NCBI GenBank assembly: GCA_963514005.1
Contig: OY740814.1
Span: 11,842,001-11,906,000, forward strand
Source of the DNA: Raja brachyura
Lineage: Eukaryota
DNA: 64,000 nucleotides
Reading direction: 5' to 3'
Program-made: the position numbers and the translations under genes
Part shown: positions 12,245 to 25,529 of the stretch, piece by piece
How positions within the stretch are numbered: the stretch's first letter is position 1
Layout of the letters: every line of letters begins with the position of its first letter
The notes under the pieces: model-generated
The model's database searches: none
What the model was told of the DNA's origin: nothing
What the model saw: the letters and a program-made list of their open reading frames with translations, nothing else

Positions 12245-13853
12245 CTTTTGAAATAATTAGTTATTTGAGTTGAAAATTATGTTGCAATGCAGATGTTTTT
12301 AACTGAGCTTGTAAACGTCTTGGGGATCAGCTTGTGAACCTGATCTTGTAGAGGATCTGCAGCAAAAGAGCCCTTGAAATTGGGGAGAATAAACAATTTT
12401 CAAATTGACTACAAAGAAAAGTTAATTAAAAAATCATCAACTGGACATGTTAACACTATTTCTATTGACACAAATGCTTCTAACTACAGAGTATATCCAG
12501 TATTTCTGTTTTAATTTCAGCATCTGTCGTACTTTTGTAAAGAATATCTAGTTGTACAACATTAGGACTGCATGATGAATGAAAAAGGCCTGTGGCTTTA
12601 ACATTAAGAATTTTTGGCTGACTGTAGTGATACAAAAAAAAAATCAGGCAACATTTAGTCTACATTTGTATGGTACATGTCAGATTAATTTAGAGGAAAT
12701 CTTTCTGTTGATCAGATATGAAAATAAATAGAAAACAAGTTTGCTGTGGATAATCACTGGTTGTGGTTATTGGATTTGTGATCTGAGTAATGCTATCCTT
12801 TAAGACTAGGAAGAGAACTTAGCTGATCAGCAATTTAATAGGAATGAGATCATATGTGCAAACTAGGTTTTACGGAGCTAATCTCTAAGAGCACAAGGGG
12901 GACAGAAAATAGAGAAGGACAGCGTCCAGAGTATCTGCTTATCTGTGCCTATATGACTTGTTCAAGTTTAAATCCCTTGAAAATTGAGCTGAAATGGAAT
13001 AGCTTAAATTGGGAATGGATGAAGATTTGATAAGAGGGGATGCAGTAGGAAATTAGGCTGGCAGCAAGAACAGGGGATGGGAATGGTGAAAGGTTGAAGT
13101 GGTCAGAGATAGCCACCAGGGATCAACAGCTTGGGAATAAAGAGGCCAAAAAGATGATACACTTTGGTTTGTGATCATGATAAGACTGAATTTATAACAA
13201 CATTTTAAGAATGATTGGAGAAGACAAAACAGATTTAAATCACTCAGAATAAAAAGTCATAATGTATAGATTGGAAGAAAAAAAAGGCTGATATATTGAA
13301 GAGGATCTTGAGATGCTGCCTATGCTTGTTTTGGAGTTACGAGAGGAATGGGAAGGAGCTTACAGAAGATGCCGAAGAATAGATTAAGGTGTGAGGTGGT
13401 GGACTTATAGGGGGGCAGATGATGTAAAGTTCTGCTAAGTGGAAGTCAAAAGACCAACATCTGTGTAGCAAATTGCTCTCCAAACCAGTGGCGACAACTC
13501 GAACTGCCCATGCAGCATAGGGATGTTCGGGTGAAGATGACAACTTTGCATGTCAGCATTCTGAAAGGTCTGCTTTTTCTAATTTGGGGGACAAGAAGTG
13601 AAAGGAATTGAAAGTTGGCTTATCTGAGCAACAGGAAAGAACAGAAGAGGTGTAAGTGGGCATTAATATACTTTTTGTTTAATGTAGGTTTGAAGTAATA
13701 GCCAAAATATGTAGTGATTTTTAGCCGATTAAAACTATCTTAAAAATACTCATATTGTGTTGCTTTGAAAGATGATCCATTTATTTAAGTTATCAGCTTC
13801 TTGGTTTCTAGCCACATTAAACAATTTAAGGCAAACTTTTTTTCATCTCACAG

Positions 13854-13896
13854 GAGGAGTGAGCCAATCTCAACACTTGATGAAATAAAGCCTGAG
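13854..13896 (+). CDS. ZNF280D: ZNF280D-like penultimate exon (43 nt)
   Basis: ttttttcatctcacag acceptor, GAG|gtaatt donor; open only in phase 2 to 0 (QRSEPISTLDEIKPE), matching the 2289-2316 exon. Confidence 0.65.
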
Positions 13897-14067
13897 GTAA
13901 TTTTGAATCTGTTGCTTTGTATAATAAAAACATTACTAGCTGCTAGTGAAAATTCTGTGTCTGATACATGGCAAATGGTTATACCCTTCATTTAAATGGG
14001 CTCATTAGTAATGAAAATCTAAAATGACGGTTCACTACCAGGCTAAATACCGACTTGTGGAGTATTC

Positions 14068-14188
14068 TTCTTTCGTGTGGCGTGCACAGCCTAAAGTTGT
14101 AGGACAACTTGTTCTATTTGATCTTCTGTTTGTGCACGTCAAGTTGATTGCATTAGTCGACCACGTGAAGGTTGCAATCTTTCACCCC
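14068..14188 (-). mobile_element. Short (GAA)-tailed retroelement, copy 1
   Basis: 13-bp TSD TTGTGGAGTATTC; reverse complement matches 60982-61119. Confidence 0.85.
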
Positions 14189-15064
14189 TTGTGGAGTATT
14201 CAGAAGTGGCAACAATTCAATTATTATTTTTTACTCTTTACATGCATGACTGATTTATTCTTACAGCACACTGGATGAATTAAATTATCCAGTGCTTTAA
14301 GGCATGATTTTTCATCTTAAAGGTTGACTCAGTCATGCTTGTGATTCAGCCATTGGCAATTGCACCACAGTGCATTCTATTGGCTGGAAAATGAATATTG
14401 GAGTTGACAGAAGATGACCCATTTTGGAAATGCCCCACTTCCAAAACCAATTTGAAGGGAAAATAAAAAAGTTAATGAGGTTGCATTAAACAGTGGCCAA
14501 GTGGAAAGTAAAGCTAAATCTACGTATGAGAAATGTTATGGGGTAGAGAGTGCTGAGATAAACAGAAGTTATTTTAGATATTTACTTTCCACCTAAAAGG
14601 TACTAACATTTCCAATTCTAACCCTTGAGACTATGCAGCGTTATCTCTTCAAGAGTCTAAAATTATTTAAATAAGCATTTTGTGTTCCCCCTATAACTGT
14701 ATAATTTGTTTTGTTTAATTCAAATTATTAAAATTGTTGTTCATTTGAAATTAACTGCATTTTCTCTATATCACATATTTTCAGAATTGTAAAGCAATCA
14801 TTTTTCTAATTCAATGTTCTTAAAAGTTTCAATTTTTGCTCAAACTTTCAGGCAAATCCATCTTCTGCATTACTTGCTACAGAAACTTTGGAAGTTGATT
14901 TAACTGCTGATGGGTAATTGAAATATTTTGTATAATTTGAATAGAGTAATTGGGGGTCTGTGCATGGATTATTGAAAATATTTTATATATAACTAGAAAG
15001 TAAGTCTGATTATACGTTTTAAAATAAGAAATGCCTGTTTCTTTCTCTCTGTAACAGAAACCAG

Positions 15065-15808
15065 GAGAAAACTGACCAGCCTTTAATGTACAAGGCTGAG
15101 AATCCATCTGTGGAAGCTGTGCCTTCACCCAAAGGTGACAAACTAAGTGATCAGCAAGACAAAACAAACTCCAATGACAATGTAGAAAGTAATCAAAGTG
15201 CTGAGAATACAGCAGATGGCCCGCTGTCTGAATTGTCTGAATTGACGACTGAGAAAGACTATGATGCTGGAGAGAGAGTTCAGGATAATTCCTCCGACCA
15301 AGCACTCACACCTCCAGATACTAACGAAGCACAAGATTGCAAATCAGTGGATAATGATGTAGAAATAGTTCAAGATGAGTTTGAGGGTATTGATGCTTGT
15401 GATGAACCTAAAGATTGCAAGACTCTTACGGATTTAATACTAAAATGTAAACAGACAGGGAATGAGGGAATTGATAACGAAAAATGTACTGAAGAAAAGA
15501 GCAATGATGCAAATGTGGAACAGAATAAGGATCCCAAAGAAGATGTTTGCTTTGACCAGTTTTTCAGGAGCAAAGATGAGCCAGAAGCTGTTGGTTCTGA
15601 TGTGAGTGAGCAGGGCAGCATTCAGCTGGAACCACTCACTCCTTCTGAGGTTTTAGAACATGAAGCTACTGAGATTCTGCAGAAAGGGAGTGTGGTGACG
15701 GTTACCAAGAGTAAGGGGACAGCATCGACAGAGGAAAATAATAAAGAAACTACTCCTGCTCCAACACTACAAAGCTCAGAGCATCTAGAAGAAAATGAAA
15801 AGAGCTGA
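15065..15808 (+). CDS. ZNF280D: ZNF280D-like terminal coding exon, acidic C-terminus
   Basis: Long open frame ending TGA; contains FDQFFRSKDEPEAVGSDVSEQGSIQLEPLTPSEVLEHEATEILQKG, nearly identical to the recalled human ZNF280D C-terminal motif; tandem acceptors give starts at 15058 and 15065. Confidence 0.9.
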   Translation, partial: EKTDQPLMYKAENPSVEAVPSPKGDKLSDQQDKTNSNDNVESNQSAENTADGPLSELSELTTEKDYDAGERVQDNSSDQALTPPDTNEAQDCKSVDNDVEIVQDEFEGIDACDEPKDCKTLTDLILKCKQTGNEGIDNEKCTEEKSNDANVEQNKDPKEDVCFDQFFRSKDEPEAVGSDVSEQGSIQLEPLTPSEVLEHEATEILQKGSVVTVTKSKGTASTEENNKETTPAPTLQSSEHLEENEKS

Positions 15809-18580
15809 AGTTTTGCATGGTACATTGATTATCTCACTGGACTTCATTCACAGATACACATACACCAAGCACACAAGTACTTGTACTGTTAAAGGCTTTG
15901 ATATTCTTATCCTGTTCAGACTACAATTCACATTCCTGTCTTTGAAAAATAAACAAATGGCATGTGAATAGAAAAGACTAAAATCTGTAGAATTCTGTAA
16001 TAAATTAAGCACCTTCGGGTGGGTGCAGTCTTGGCAAGCTCTCAGCTTACCTACGTAAACTTTCAGTGAAAGTGGAATCATTACAAAAAAAGCATAATTA
16101 TGTCATTGTGCAGCTGTGCAGAAAAATTGAATCAGTCATGCACAAGACGACATAATACTGCTGTTGCTGTAACCCAGTGCATATTATTAGTTTTTGCAAT
16201 AGATATAGACCGTTTAGGGTGGGTTACATGGTAAACCAAAGTGCAGTTCATCCTTTCCTTTCACTGTAGAAAATAGGATATGTTGTGTTAAGTAATGCTT
16301 TATTTGTATTGGCATGTATCTTTCATTGTTCAGCAGTTTATTCTGCTTCTGGCAGTAGACGTACAACGTAGGAACTGCAGGATATGTAAAAATGAATTGT
16401 TTTTGTTAAACTGCAGTACTTCATAGTGCCAAGCTAACTGAATATATGAGGAAGAATAAAGCTGCTTAAAATTATACTTAATATTTTTTATTACATATTT
16501 GGTAAATAGCTTCAGATACGTACTTTGCTAGTGGTTGGCAGTTGCTTGCTTTGATGTACAGTTTCTGCAGAAAACAACAAATTCCTATTCAAAACTTTAG
16601 ACTTCATTCTTTTAGATGTGGCTAATTTTACTTTGTTATAAAGGTTGTTTTATTTTATGAATACCTGATTTGGAATAGTACCCTGAAGCTGATATTTGTT
16701 CATTTCTGTTAGGAGTATTTTGCTAAAGATTAGTTAAATACAATATAAAATAGCATGCATCAAAAGTTGATAAATCTAATTTACTGATTTTAAAATAGGA
16801 TAACTACTTTTTAAATTGCTCTTCAAAATATTCTTAGTTCTTGGAAAAAAACTGAAAATATTCTTTGCCGTTTGTCAATAAAAATAATTTTTAACGTTTT
16901 AATATTGAACAACTTTTCTTAGACTCTAGATTCAAAACCACAAAACAATATATAAAACATAATACTCAATTCCTTTTGCATTGCATAAGCATAAACAGTT
17001 GCACTCTCCACTCTGTAAAATGAAAACATTTCTTATTTATGTTCTTGGATTAAATCCCCTATCATCGCTTAAGAACATACCTTTCCAAACCTTCTAAAGT
17101 GACAATTTTTTCATAGAATTCCAGAACTCCCTTGATATTAATATTAATTTTTGATTGGTTTATAGCAAAAAATATATATATACTTTTCCATTATATTTTC
17201 TGCAGGATTTCTTAACAAATACTTCCATATCATTTCCTAAACCCACACTAATACCAATCCTCTTTCCTTGGATGCTCGGGTGGGCTTGTCATTGATTGCC
17301 ATTAATGTGCTTTTGAAATTATACCTGAATATGTTCTTGCTCATGATATTAGTTGGTTGTGGCTTTTCCTTATCCTCCTCAAATATCTCAATTGCTGATA
17401 GCTCAAATATCACAGTGATTACTCTGGCGAGTTTAAATTTCAATTGGCTTTGGAATTAGTCAGCTGGATCCTTTTAACTATCAATTAAAACTAATTACCA
17501 GGAAAAAAGAAAAGAAAATGTATGACAATGTTTGACACCAATGGAATATGACAAACCCGTATGTCCAGTTCTGTTGACTTCATAGAAGTATTATAAAAAA
17601 TCTATGTTTAAAAACACAATCCTAATGCAAAATTAGAGATCAGATATTGAAGATGTAAAAGCTCCTCTAGATAATGAAATAAATTTGTTTGTCAGACTGG
17701 TAAAAGTAATTCATTGCAAAATGTCCCTTATAACTTGCTCCTTCAAAATATGTTTTATAAAACTTTTGGTTGTAACAAGAGACTGGGCTGTGTTTTTTTT
17801 CCATGTGAGGACATCACATGAGATTTGTTTAATTGTAGTTGCCCACAAAGTCTTTGTAGTTTAGCATGTGCAGTCTACTTTGTATGGGAAAGGAGAAATG
17901 AAATGCAGCTCCATCTAATATAATTTCTTTTACAGTTAATTTATAGCAGGGTTGTAAATACTTTGTGTTTTAAAAGGATTAATTTAGAAATTGTTAGTAC
18001 TTTACTTTAAGTCTAATCACCATATTTGTATGTTGGAGTTATGTTAATCTTTCATTGTCGTTATACCTCTAAATTGTATATTTTCTTGTTCCACTCCAGG
18101 AGACTCGCACTTCAGTTCATGATTTGTTCATGAATGTGGGTATAAGATGCAACTGTAAACAAAGCAATGTGCAACTGAATAAATATTATAGATGCCTATG
18201 CTTGTGCATCTTGGCAAATGGACAGATGCCAGATCTTAGGCTAATTTACATTATTGGACTAGACTCAGTTGTCAAGAATTTGGACCTCTGAAAATAATAA
18301 CATTGGTAGCACACAGTGCAAAGGCTTTTCCTTTCAGTGTGACTATATTTAACACTGGTTAACTTGGATGAGGAAATATGTTTCCATTGCTACCGTTGCT
18401 ACTTTTAGTTCTGGAATTCAATTGATTCCAATTCAGAGTTAAATTAATGTACACAGGGAGGGGTGAAAATAATGGTTTGTATACTTTTCTTCTTGTAGAA
18501 GTTAAATGTAACTTTAATGCCAGTGCCTGCAAGCTCAAATAAAAACAATGCATCTCATGACTTGTACTTCTGTTTCCGCT
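15809..18580 (+). other. Putative 3'UTR of ZNF280D-like gene with distal polyadenylation signal
   Basis: AU-rich stretch without recognisable repeats; several AATAAA; the one at 18538-18543 is followed by a GT/T-rich downstream element. Confidence 0.5.
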
Positions 18581-19196
18581 TGTCTGTGTAATCTTATATC
18601 TTCCTATGGTTTTCTCTGCTGTTGGGTCCTGTCATCCTCCCAGAGCTTCCTTCAATAACCATGTTTCACGTGACAACCTGAAATTTGGTAAGGTATTTTA
18701 TGGTGGGGTACATTTCAACTAAGTCTAATTCTGCCCAGCAGGAGATAGCAGGTGCTCGTTCTCCTCTTAACTCATTCTTCCATCGCTTCCCACAGGCCAG
18801 AAGTATCGAAGCAAATGTTAGCACAATCAAATCGGAAGAGTGAATCGTGATCATGTAGTAAACTACTAGCTAAATAGTACTTATACTCTGGGTCGGTTCC
18901 CAATTTATTGTGGCTATGGATTTCTGCATTCCTGAAGTTTCCGTGGACATCTTAAGGATGGTGTCCATGCACACCACTAAGCACCCATCAATACTAATCC
19001 CAATTACCAGCACTTGATCCAATGTTACAATGCTTTGGAACCTCATGTGCTCATTTAGCAGTTCTCAAATAGTCTGATGCTTCCACACTCTCATGCTGTG
19101 CCTTCCAGATTGCAATCATCTGTTGAGTGAAAAACATCTTACCCAGATCCCGTTTAAAGCTATTGTGCACCATTAATCAATTGTTCTCCAGTCTTA

Positions 19197-19355
19197 AGGG
19201 CCTGTCCCACTTGCCCGTCGTGACAGGCACGTGATGCGCACTTGGTGCATGATGACATAGGCAGTGACGCGCGGCGTCGCAGGATTTTGTGATGTACAAA
19301 ATCTTCGCTCACCATCTGCGTGATGCGCAAATGACAGCCAAGTGGGACGGGCCCT
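19197..19355. mobile_element. PIF/Harbinger-type MITE
   Basis: TIR AGGGCCTGTCCCACTTG / CAAGTGGGACGGGCCCT, TTA TSD on both sides, CpG-rich. Confidence 0.85.
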
Positions 19356-19880
19356 TTAGACGCCTCAGCCCTGGAGAAAAGTTTCTTAGTAGCTATATTC
19401 TCTTGGCTTCTTATATTTTAAATACCTCCATCAAGTCTCCTCAGCTCCAAGGAGAATAAGCCCAGTCTATCCGGTCATATAACTGATATATTCCATTCTA
19501 GGCAACAACCTTGTGAAAAAATGGACACGGAAAGTGCTGGAGTAACACAGTGGGTCAGGCAGCATCTCTGGTGAACATGGATAGGTCATTCAACATCCTC
19601 CATATGAATCTCCTCCATACTGCTTGTAGTTCAATCACATTATTTATAGTTGGCATCCAGAACTGAGCACAATTTTTTGGATAGGGTCTAACCATCCCTG
19701 ATCAATCCTGGCCTTTCCAAATGGAGATCAATTCCATCCCTGAATGGGTGTCAGATGTTGATTTACTTGCTAAACTAGTGTTTGTGGCAATGTTGCTAAA
19801 TCGGGGATGAATTACTTTACCATGGAACAGACCATTATAGTTCATATCTATAAATATCAAAACCACAGAGGAGAGGTATA

Positions 19881-21430
19881 GAGTGCCCTCCATAATGTTT
19901 GGGCCAAAGACCCATCATTTATTTATTTGCCTCTGTACTCCACAATTTGAGATTTGTAATAGAAAATATCACGTGGTTAAACTGCACGTTGTCAGATTTT
20001 AATAAAGGCCATTTTTATACATTTTGTTTTCACCATGTAGAAATCCCTTTGCATGCAATGTCTGCTTGAAGTCTGCGATTCATGGACATCACCAGTTGCT
20101 GGGTGTCTTCTCTGGTGATGCTCTGCCAGGCCTGTATTGCAGCCATCTTTAGCTTATGCTTGTTTCGGGGCTAGTCCCCTTTAGTTTTCTCTTCAGCATA
20201 CAAAAGGCATGCTCAATTGGGTTCAAATCGGATGATTGACTTGGCCACTAAAGTATTGACCATTCTTTAGCTTTGAAAAACTCCTTTGTTGCTTTAACAA
20301 TATGTTTGGGATCATTGTCTTGCTGTAGAATGAACTGTCGTGCCAATGAGTTTTGATGCATTCGTTTGAACTTGAGCAGATAGGATGTGTTCATACACTT
20401 AAGAATTAATTATGCTACTACATGCTATCAGCAGTTGTATCATCATTGAAGATAAGTGAGCCAGTACTTTCAGCAGCCATACATGCCCAGGCCATAACAC
20501 CCCCACCACTGTGTTTCACAGATGAGGTGGTATGCTTTGGATCTTGGGCAGTTCCTCTCCTCCTTACTTTGCTCTTGCCATCACTCTGATATAAGTTAAT
20601 CTTCTCATCTGCCCACAAGACCTTTTTCCAGAACTTTGGTTTGTATTTTAAGTACTTCTTGGCAAACTGTAACCTGGCCGTCCTATTTTTGTGGCTAACC
20701 AGTGGTTTGCATCTTGCAGCATAGCCTCTGTATTTCTGTTCATGAAGTCTTATGCGGACAGTGATCATTGACAAATCCACACCTGACTCCTGAAGAGTGT
20801 TTCTGATCTGTCGGACATGTGTTTGGGGATTTATATAGAGAGAATTCTTTATTATAGGTATCATTCTTCTGTCATCAGCTGTGGAGGTCTTCCTTGGCCT
20901 GCCTGTCCCGTTGTGATTAGTAAGCCCACCAGTGCTCTCTTTCTGCTTAGTGATGTTCCTAACAGTTGATTTTGGCAAGCCTAAGGTTTGGCTGATGTCT
21001 CTAACAGTTTTATTCTTGTTTCTCAGTCTCACAATGGCTTTGTTGACTTTCATTGGCACAGCTTTGGTCCTCATGTTGATAAACAGCAATAAAGGTTTCC
21101 AAAGGTGATGGAAAGACTAGGTGCTGAGAGCTCTTTTAGAAGACGAATGCCTTTTATTGTCATCCAAACAGCTTGGATTGAACAAAATTGCATTTTCTAT
21201 AGTCTTAACATTTACAAAAAAAAACAAGACCCACACTTAACGCAGCGTACACAAACATCCATCACAGTGAATCTCCAACACCTCCTCACTGTGATGGAAG
21301 GCAAAAGTCTTATCTCTTATGCACTTTAACCACATGTGATGTTTTTTTCTATTACAAGTTTCAAATTGTGGAGTACAGAGGCAAATAAATAAATGATGAG
21401 TCTTTGTCCCAAACATTGTGGGGGGCACTG
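19881..21430 (-). mobile_element. Tc1-family transposon with inactivated transposase
   Basis: About 105-bp TIRs ((C/G)AGTGCCCTCCATAATGTTTGGG.../...CCCAAACATTGTGGGGGGCACTG), TA TSDs, transposase on minus strand. Confidence 0.95.
20045..21089 (-). pseudogene. Tc1 DD34E transposase pseudogene
   Basis: HTH plus GRPRKT, VLWADE, VKHSGGGVMAWAC, stop at 20418, then QQDNDPKH and WPSQSSDLNPIEH further downstream. Confidence 0.92.
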
Positions 21431-24332
21431 TATGTATATACTTTATATGTGTTATCATATGTTGTTTTTTATTTTTACAGTCGTACTTTACTATTTAATA
21501 GGAATTCCATGGCAGAAATTCCCAACTATTTAATCCGTAGATGTGCACTGTGAAAGGATGCAATTGGAGTATCACCTTTTAATGCAAATATTTTGTTTAC
21601 TGGTTATAATCAGGCAGACAGAACAACTGTAAAGGGAAGTCCAGTGCTTCAAATTAAATTGCACCCCACAGGGTAATATTTTGCCGTAAATTGCTACTGC
21701 TGAATTATACAATCATATATTTTAGCCAACAGAGGAGGGAGAGTTACCATCAGTGACTGCAATATTTGACTGCATAACTCCAAGAAAGCACAAAGCATAT
21801 ATGTCAGCACATAATATTAGATAATGTAGGTGTCCTTTGGAACATAATTGCTTCCAGTCAAATGTTACCTGTTGTGCTCAGTGATTTGACACATGGATGC
21901 AGATTTATATGTGGAGGAATCTGTCTAGGGACACATTTATCAGCACCAGGCATTCATGCAACCTGCAGCTTATGGAAACTCATTAAGTGACTGAAGCTGT
22001 AAGTCTGCTGTTCAAAACAACCAAAGTCACAAAGGGAATACTGAAAATAGCTGACATAAGATGGGCTAAACATATTTTTAAGGGTAATGCATTCTGCTGC
22101 TCTGTAATCAGAGATTTGGGTTTTCAAACATGATGCTCAAGTATTTGGCATATTAATAACCAGTAAATGTGATTTATAATGATAATAAACCTCTTGATAA
22201 TTCTGCTTCAGAGAGACCATTATGTGTTTGCAGTTGCAGGTAACTTAAGACAAAATACAAAATGAAGATATTACTTGCTGACAATGCCACCGGCCCCTGC
22301 AGTCTTTGCTAAATGTACAATCTCTTCATTCCTAGAGATGCTGGAATTTACTTTAGGTGAATAAATGGTAGTTAGTTTAATTGCTCCTTGATAGATGTTT
22401 TCCGTGCTATTGATGATGATCTACAGTGCCCTCCAAGTGGCAGTATTTCATTGAAATAATATAAGTGAAATACCATCAAAGAGACAAGGCACTGGATTAA
22501 ACTGCTAATATCATTTCACATTTTACAATCAGATGCCCTTGGAATGCCAACTGTCACTTGTTTAGCCCATCAGGTTTTATATGGCCTGGATGCTTTAATG
22601 ATTTGTTAATAACTACATTCTGCATATGACTTTTAAAAATTCTTATTCTGCTGCAGATTATATTGCATTTATTGCATATTGCATTGAAATGTATAATACT
22701 TTGGCCAATTTATACAGATGCCTCGAATGTCTACTTTTTTCACATGGAGGTACTCAAAAGGTCAGGATTCTTATTACTGCTATGTGGAAGAATGTCAGTT
22801 AAAATAGATCGGTGCATTTAGAATACAGAGAAAAGGACGCTTGCCTAAGATAAGCCGATACATTACACGCTACTCATTGTAACTTGTTTCACATTTTTCT
22901 CCTTCAAATAGTGTTGTGGACATTCGATGTAAGTCTCAATCAGCAGAACACTTGAGGTTGTGAGATAATCTTATCAACAGCAATGCACAGAACCAATCTT
23001 AGGCATGCAGGAGCAGTTAGAAGGGAAAGCTCTAATTGTGTCCAAATGTTATTTGACAGCTCCCATTGTTGACAAAATCAATAGATTCTACTATGAAAAA
23101 TTACACGAATTTCTCTCATCACTAATTGCTGGCACGTGATTGGAGTATACAAATAGATTTATGTGTAAAATGCTGCATACATTTAATAAGAGACATTTCG
23201 GATGTGAAATTATGGATCCTCCCATAGAGTATATTTACCTTAATCAGATAATGTTAAGAAAGAAAAGTCACATTTACACGTATCAACCTTAAGCTAAAAT
23301 TAGTGATTGGATCAACATAGGCTTTGTTTCTCCATCAATAGCGCAAATATCAACCTTCAACATCTGCAGCAGTTAACATTTATGTGCTTTTTCAGATTCA
23401 ACCAATAATCAGATGGTAATATATTGCACATATCTGTAGCTCCACCTCTGTTCATGAGCCAGTTATAAATCCAAACCTGTCCAAGATAGAGAGGTTCATT
23501 CCCAATTCTGTCACACACTGTCACGTGCACACACTACATTTTATCATCAGTTTGTTTTCCATTGAGCTGGGTTACTATGCAAGGGAACAGGCAGGATGAG
23601 AAAACAAATGACCACGTTTGCAAGATATAAGAAATATTCTAGTAAGAAACGTAGAGAATAGCAGCCATTTTGACAAACGTGACAGATTTTGATGTTAATT
23701 ATGTGCTTTATTTACTACAATTCATTCCAGAGGCAGGGATTTGCCACGCACACGACTAGCTGAGATTTTGGCAGTTTCTATGCACAACAGATGTTAATTG
23801 GTGAGAATTCACGTAAATCTGAACTTGTTTTGCATAATAAATAAAGCTATAGACTAAACTGTACACCTCAGGTCTCAATAATAATACATTGTCTAACTGC
23901 ACTTCCAGCAATGTCTCAATATTAATCTGCAGATCACCCTCTGAGTTTGCAGCTTCTGGACTAGTTTTGAGCACTCTCTCTTTCTCTAGTGTTGGCACTG
24001 TTAACCCTTTCACTAAACCAAGTCACCTCCTTTAGTGCAAAAATTGCATCTCTTGTATTTGGAAGGCAATAATCCACTGAAGATATGCCCAAATCAAACT
24101 AGCTAAAGTTGGTTTTCCTCATTTCATAATTGAATTAGATCAATCCCAGATCTGAAAAACCATCCCAGTTAAAAATGTTGTAAATATGTGGTGGCATGCC
24201 ATTTTAAAATTACTTGTGTAATTATGTCAGTGATAATCCATTGATCAGATTAATTAAAACAACCTTAAGGACAAGATTGAAAACTTATTAGGTTCCAGTT
24301 CAAGTGTCAGAGTTGGTATCTATCCTGGGATG

Positions 24333-24452
24333 TAGAAATGAGGAACTGCAGATGCTGGTTTACCAAAAAAGTGCTGAAGAAATTCAGCGGGTCAGGCAAC
24401 ATCCCCGGATCTCCAGAGATGCTGCCTGACCCACTGAGTTTACTCTAACACT
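24333..24452. mobile_element. Fold-back Penelope-terminus repeat (internally deleted)
   Basis: cagcgggtcaggcaacatc vs gatgctgcctgacccactgag in inverted orientation; tctatcc on both flanks. Confidence 0.7.
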
Positions 24453-25034
24453 TCTATCCAATGATCTCAGGACTAGGAATTGATAATTTAGTGACAATCA
24501 GTTGTGCACTTCTTTAAAATGTATATTTATTTTGTTCCATATGGTTGCAGAGAGAAAATATGTTCAGACACCATTTCTTGTTCCAAACTGCTTTTCCAGT
24601 ATCTATGGATACAAATGATAGCAAATATATTTGGTCCTGAAGTAAATTATAGGCATTTGCTTTCCAAGAGATTTCTGTATATTTCATTACAGCCCAGTGG
24701 CATTCCTCATTTCCTTGTGCAAATGAGAGTCTGTTCATAGCTAAACGATTCCAGAAGAAAATGTGCAACCTGTTTGGCAGCTACCTTTGATCTTGATTAT
24801 TAATATATTGTTTTGCCAGCTCTCTGTTATATTTGCTGAAGGCTGACAATGGGTTTCAGATATCTACTTTCAGGGATTTGTTTTTGAATCGTACAATGGT
24901 AATATGTGGAGGCCATTCAACACCTGGCTCTCTACAAGTTCCTTTGCCTGGTCCTGTTCCTGCACCCCACAATCTATTTTTTTCATTCAAGCATTTTTAA
25001 ATTCCTGGTGGTTGTGGAGGTTTGTTTTTCAGAT

Positions 25035-25340
25035 TATAGCTCTGTAGGACATCGGTGAGGCCACAGCTGGTATATTGTGTGAAGTCCTGGTTGCCGCACT
25101 ATAGGAAGGATGTGATTAAGCTGGAGATGGAGCAGAAAAGATTCACAAGGATGTTGCCGAGACTGGAGGGCTTGAGTTACAAAGAAAGACTGGATAAACT
25201 GGGATTGTTTTCCTTGGAGCGACAGAGGCTGAGGGGTGACCTTATAGAGGTTTATAAAATTATGAAGGGCATAGACAAGGTGATGGTCACAGTCCACCCT
25301 CTCAGGACAGGTGTATAAAATTAGCATAGGTTTAAGATGA
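25035..25340 (+). mobile_element. CR1 LINE RT C-terminal fragment
   Basis: RPQLVYCVKSWLPHYRKDVIKLE...LRGDLIEVYKIMKG. Confidence 0.9.
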
Positions 25341-25529
25341 GAAACCTCATTACCATATCTGCAGCAAGCTCTCCAACCTGGATTTGATGAACTGCAAAGC
25401 CTGTGGTTTGGGCAGAGGCGAACCTTGGGACAGGTTTGAAGCTGCCAATTCCATCAAATTATAAGATGATCTTAATTTGATGTAATATTTCCTGAGATGT
25501 GCACAATATTCCGATAACCTCACAGGCTT

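Noticed and set aside
14877-15825. Minus-strand ORFs over the terminal exon
   Set aside because: Antisense shadows of the ZNF280D-like coding exon.
22424-22445. CTCF-like cagtgccctccaagtggcag
   Set aside because: Spacing is off by one base from the core consensus; weak.
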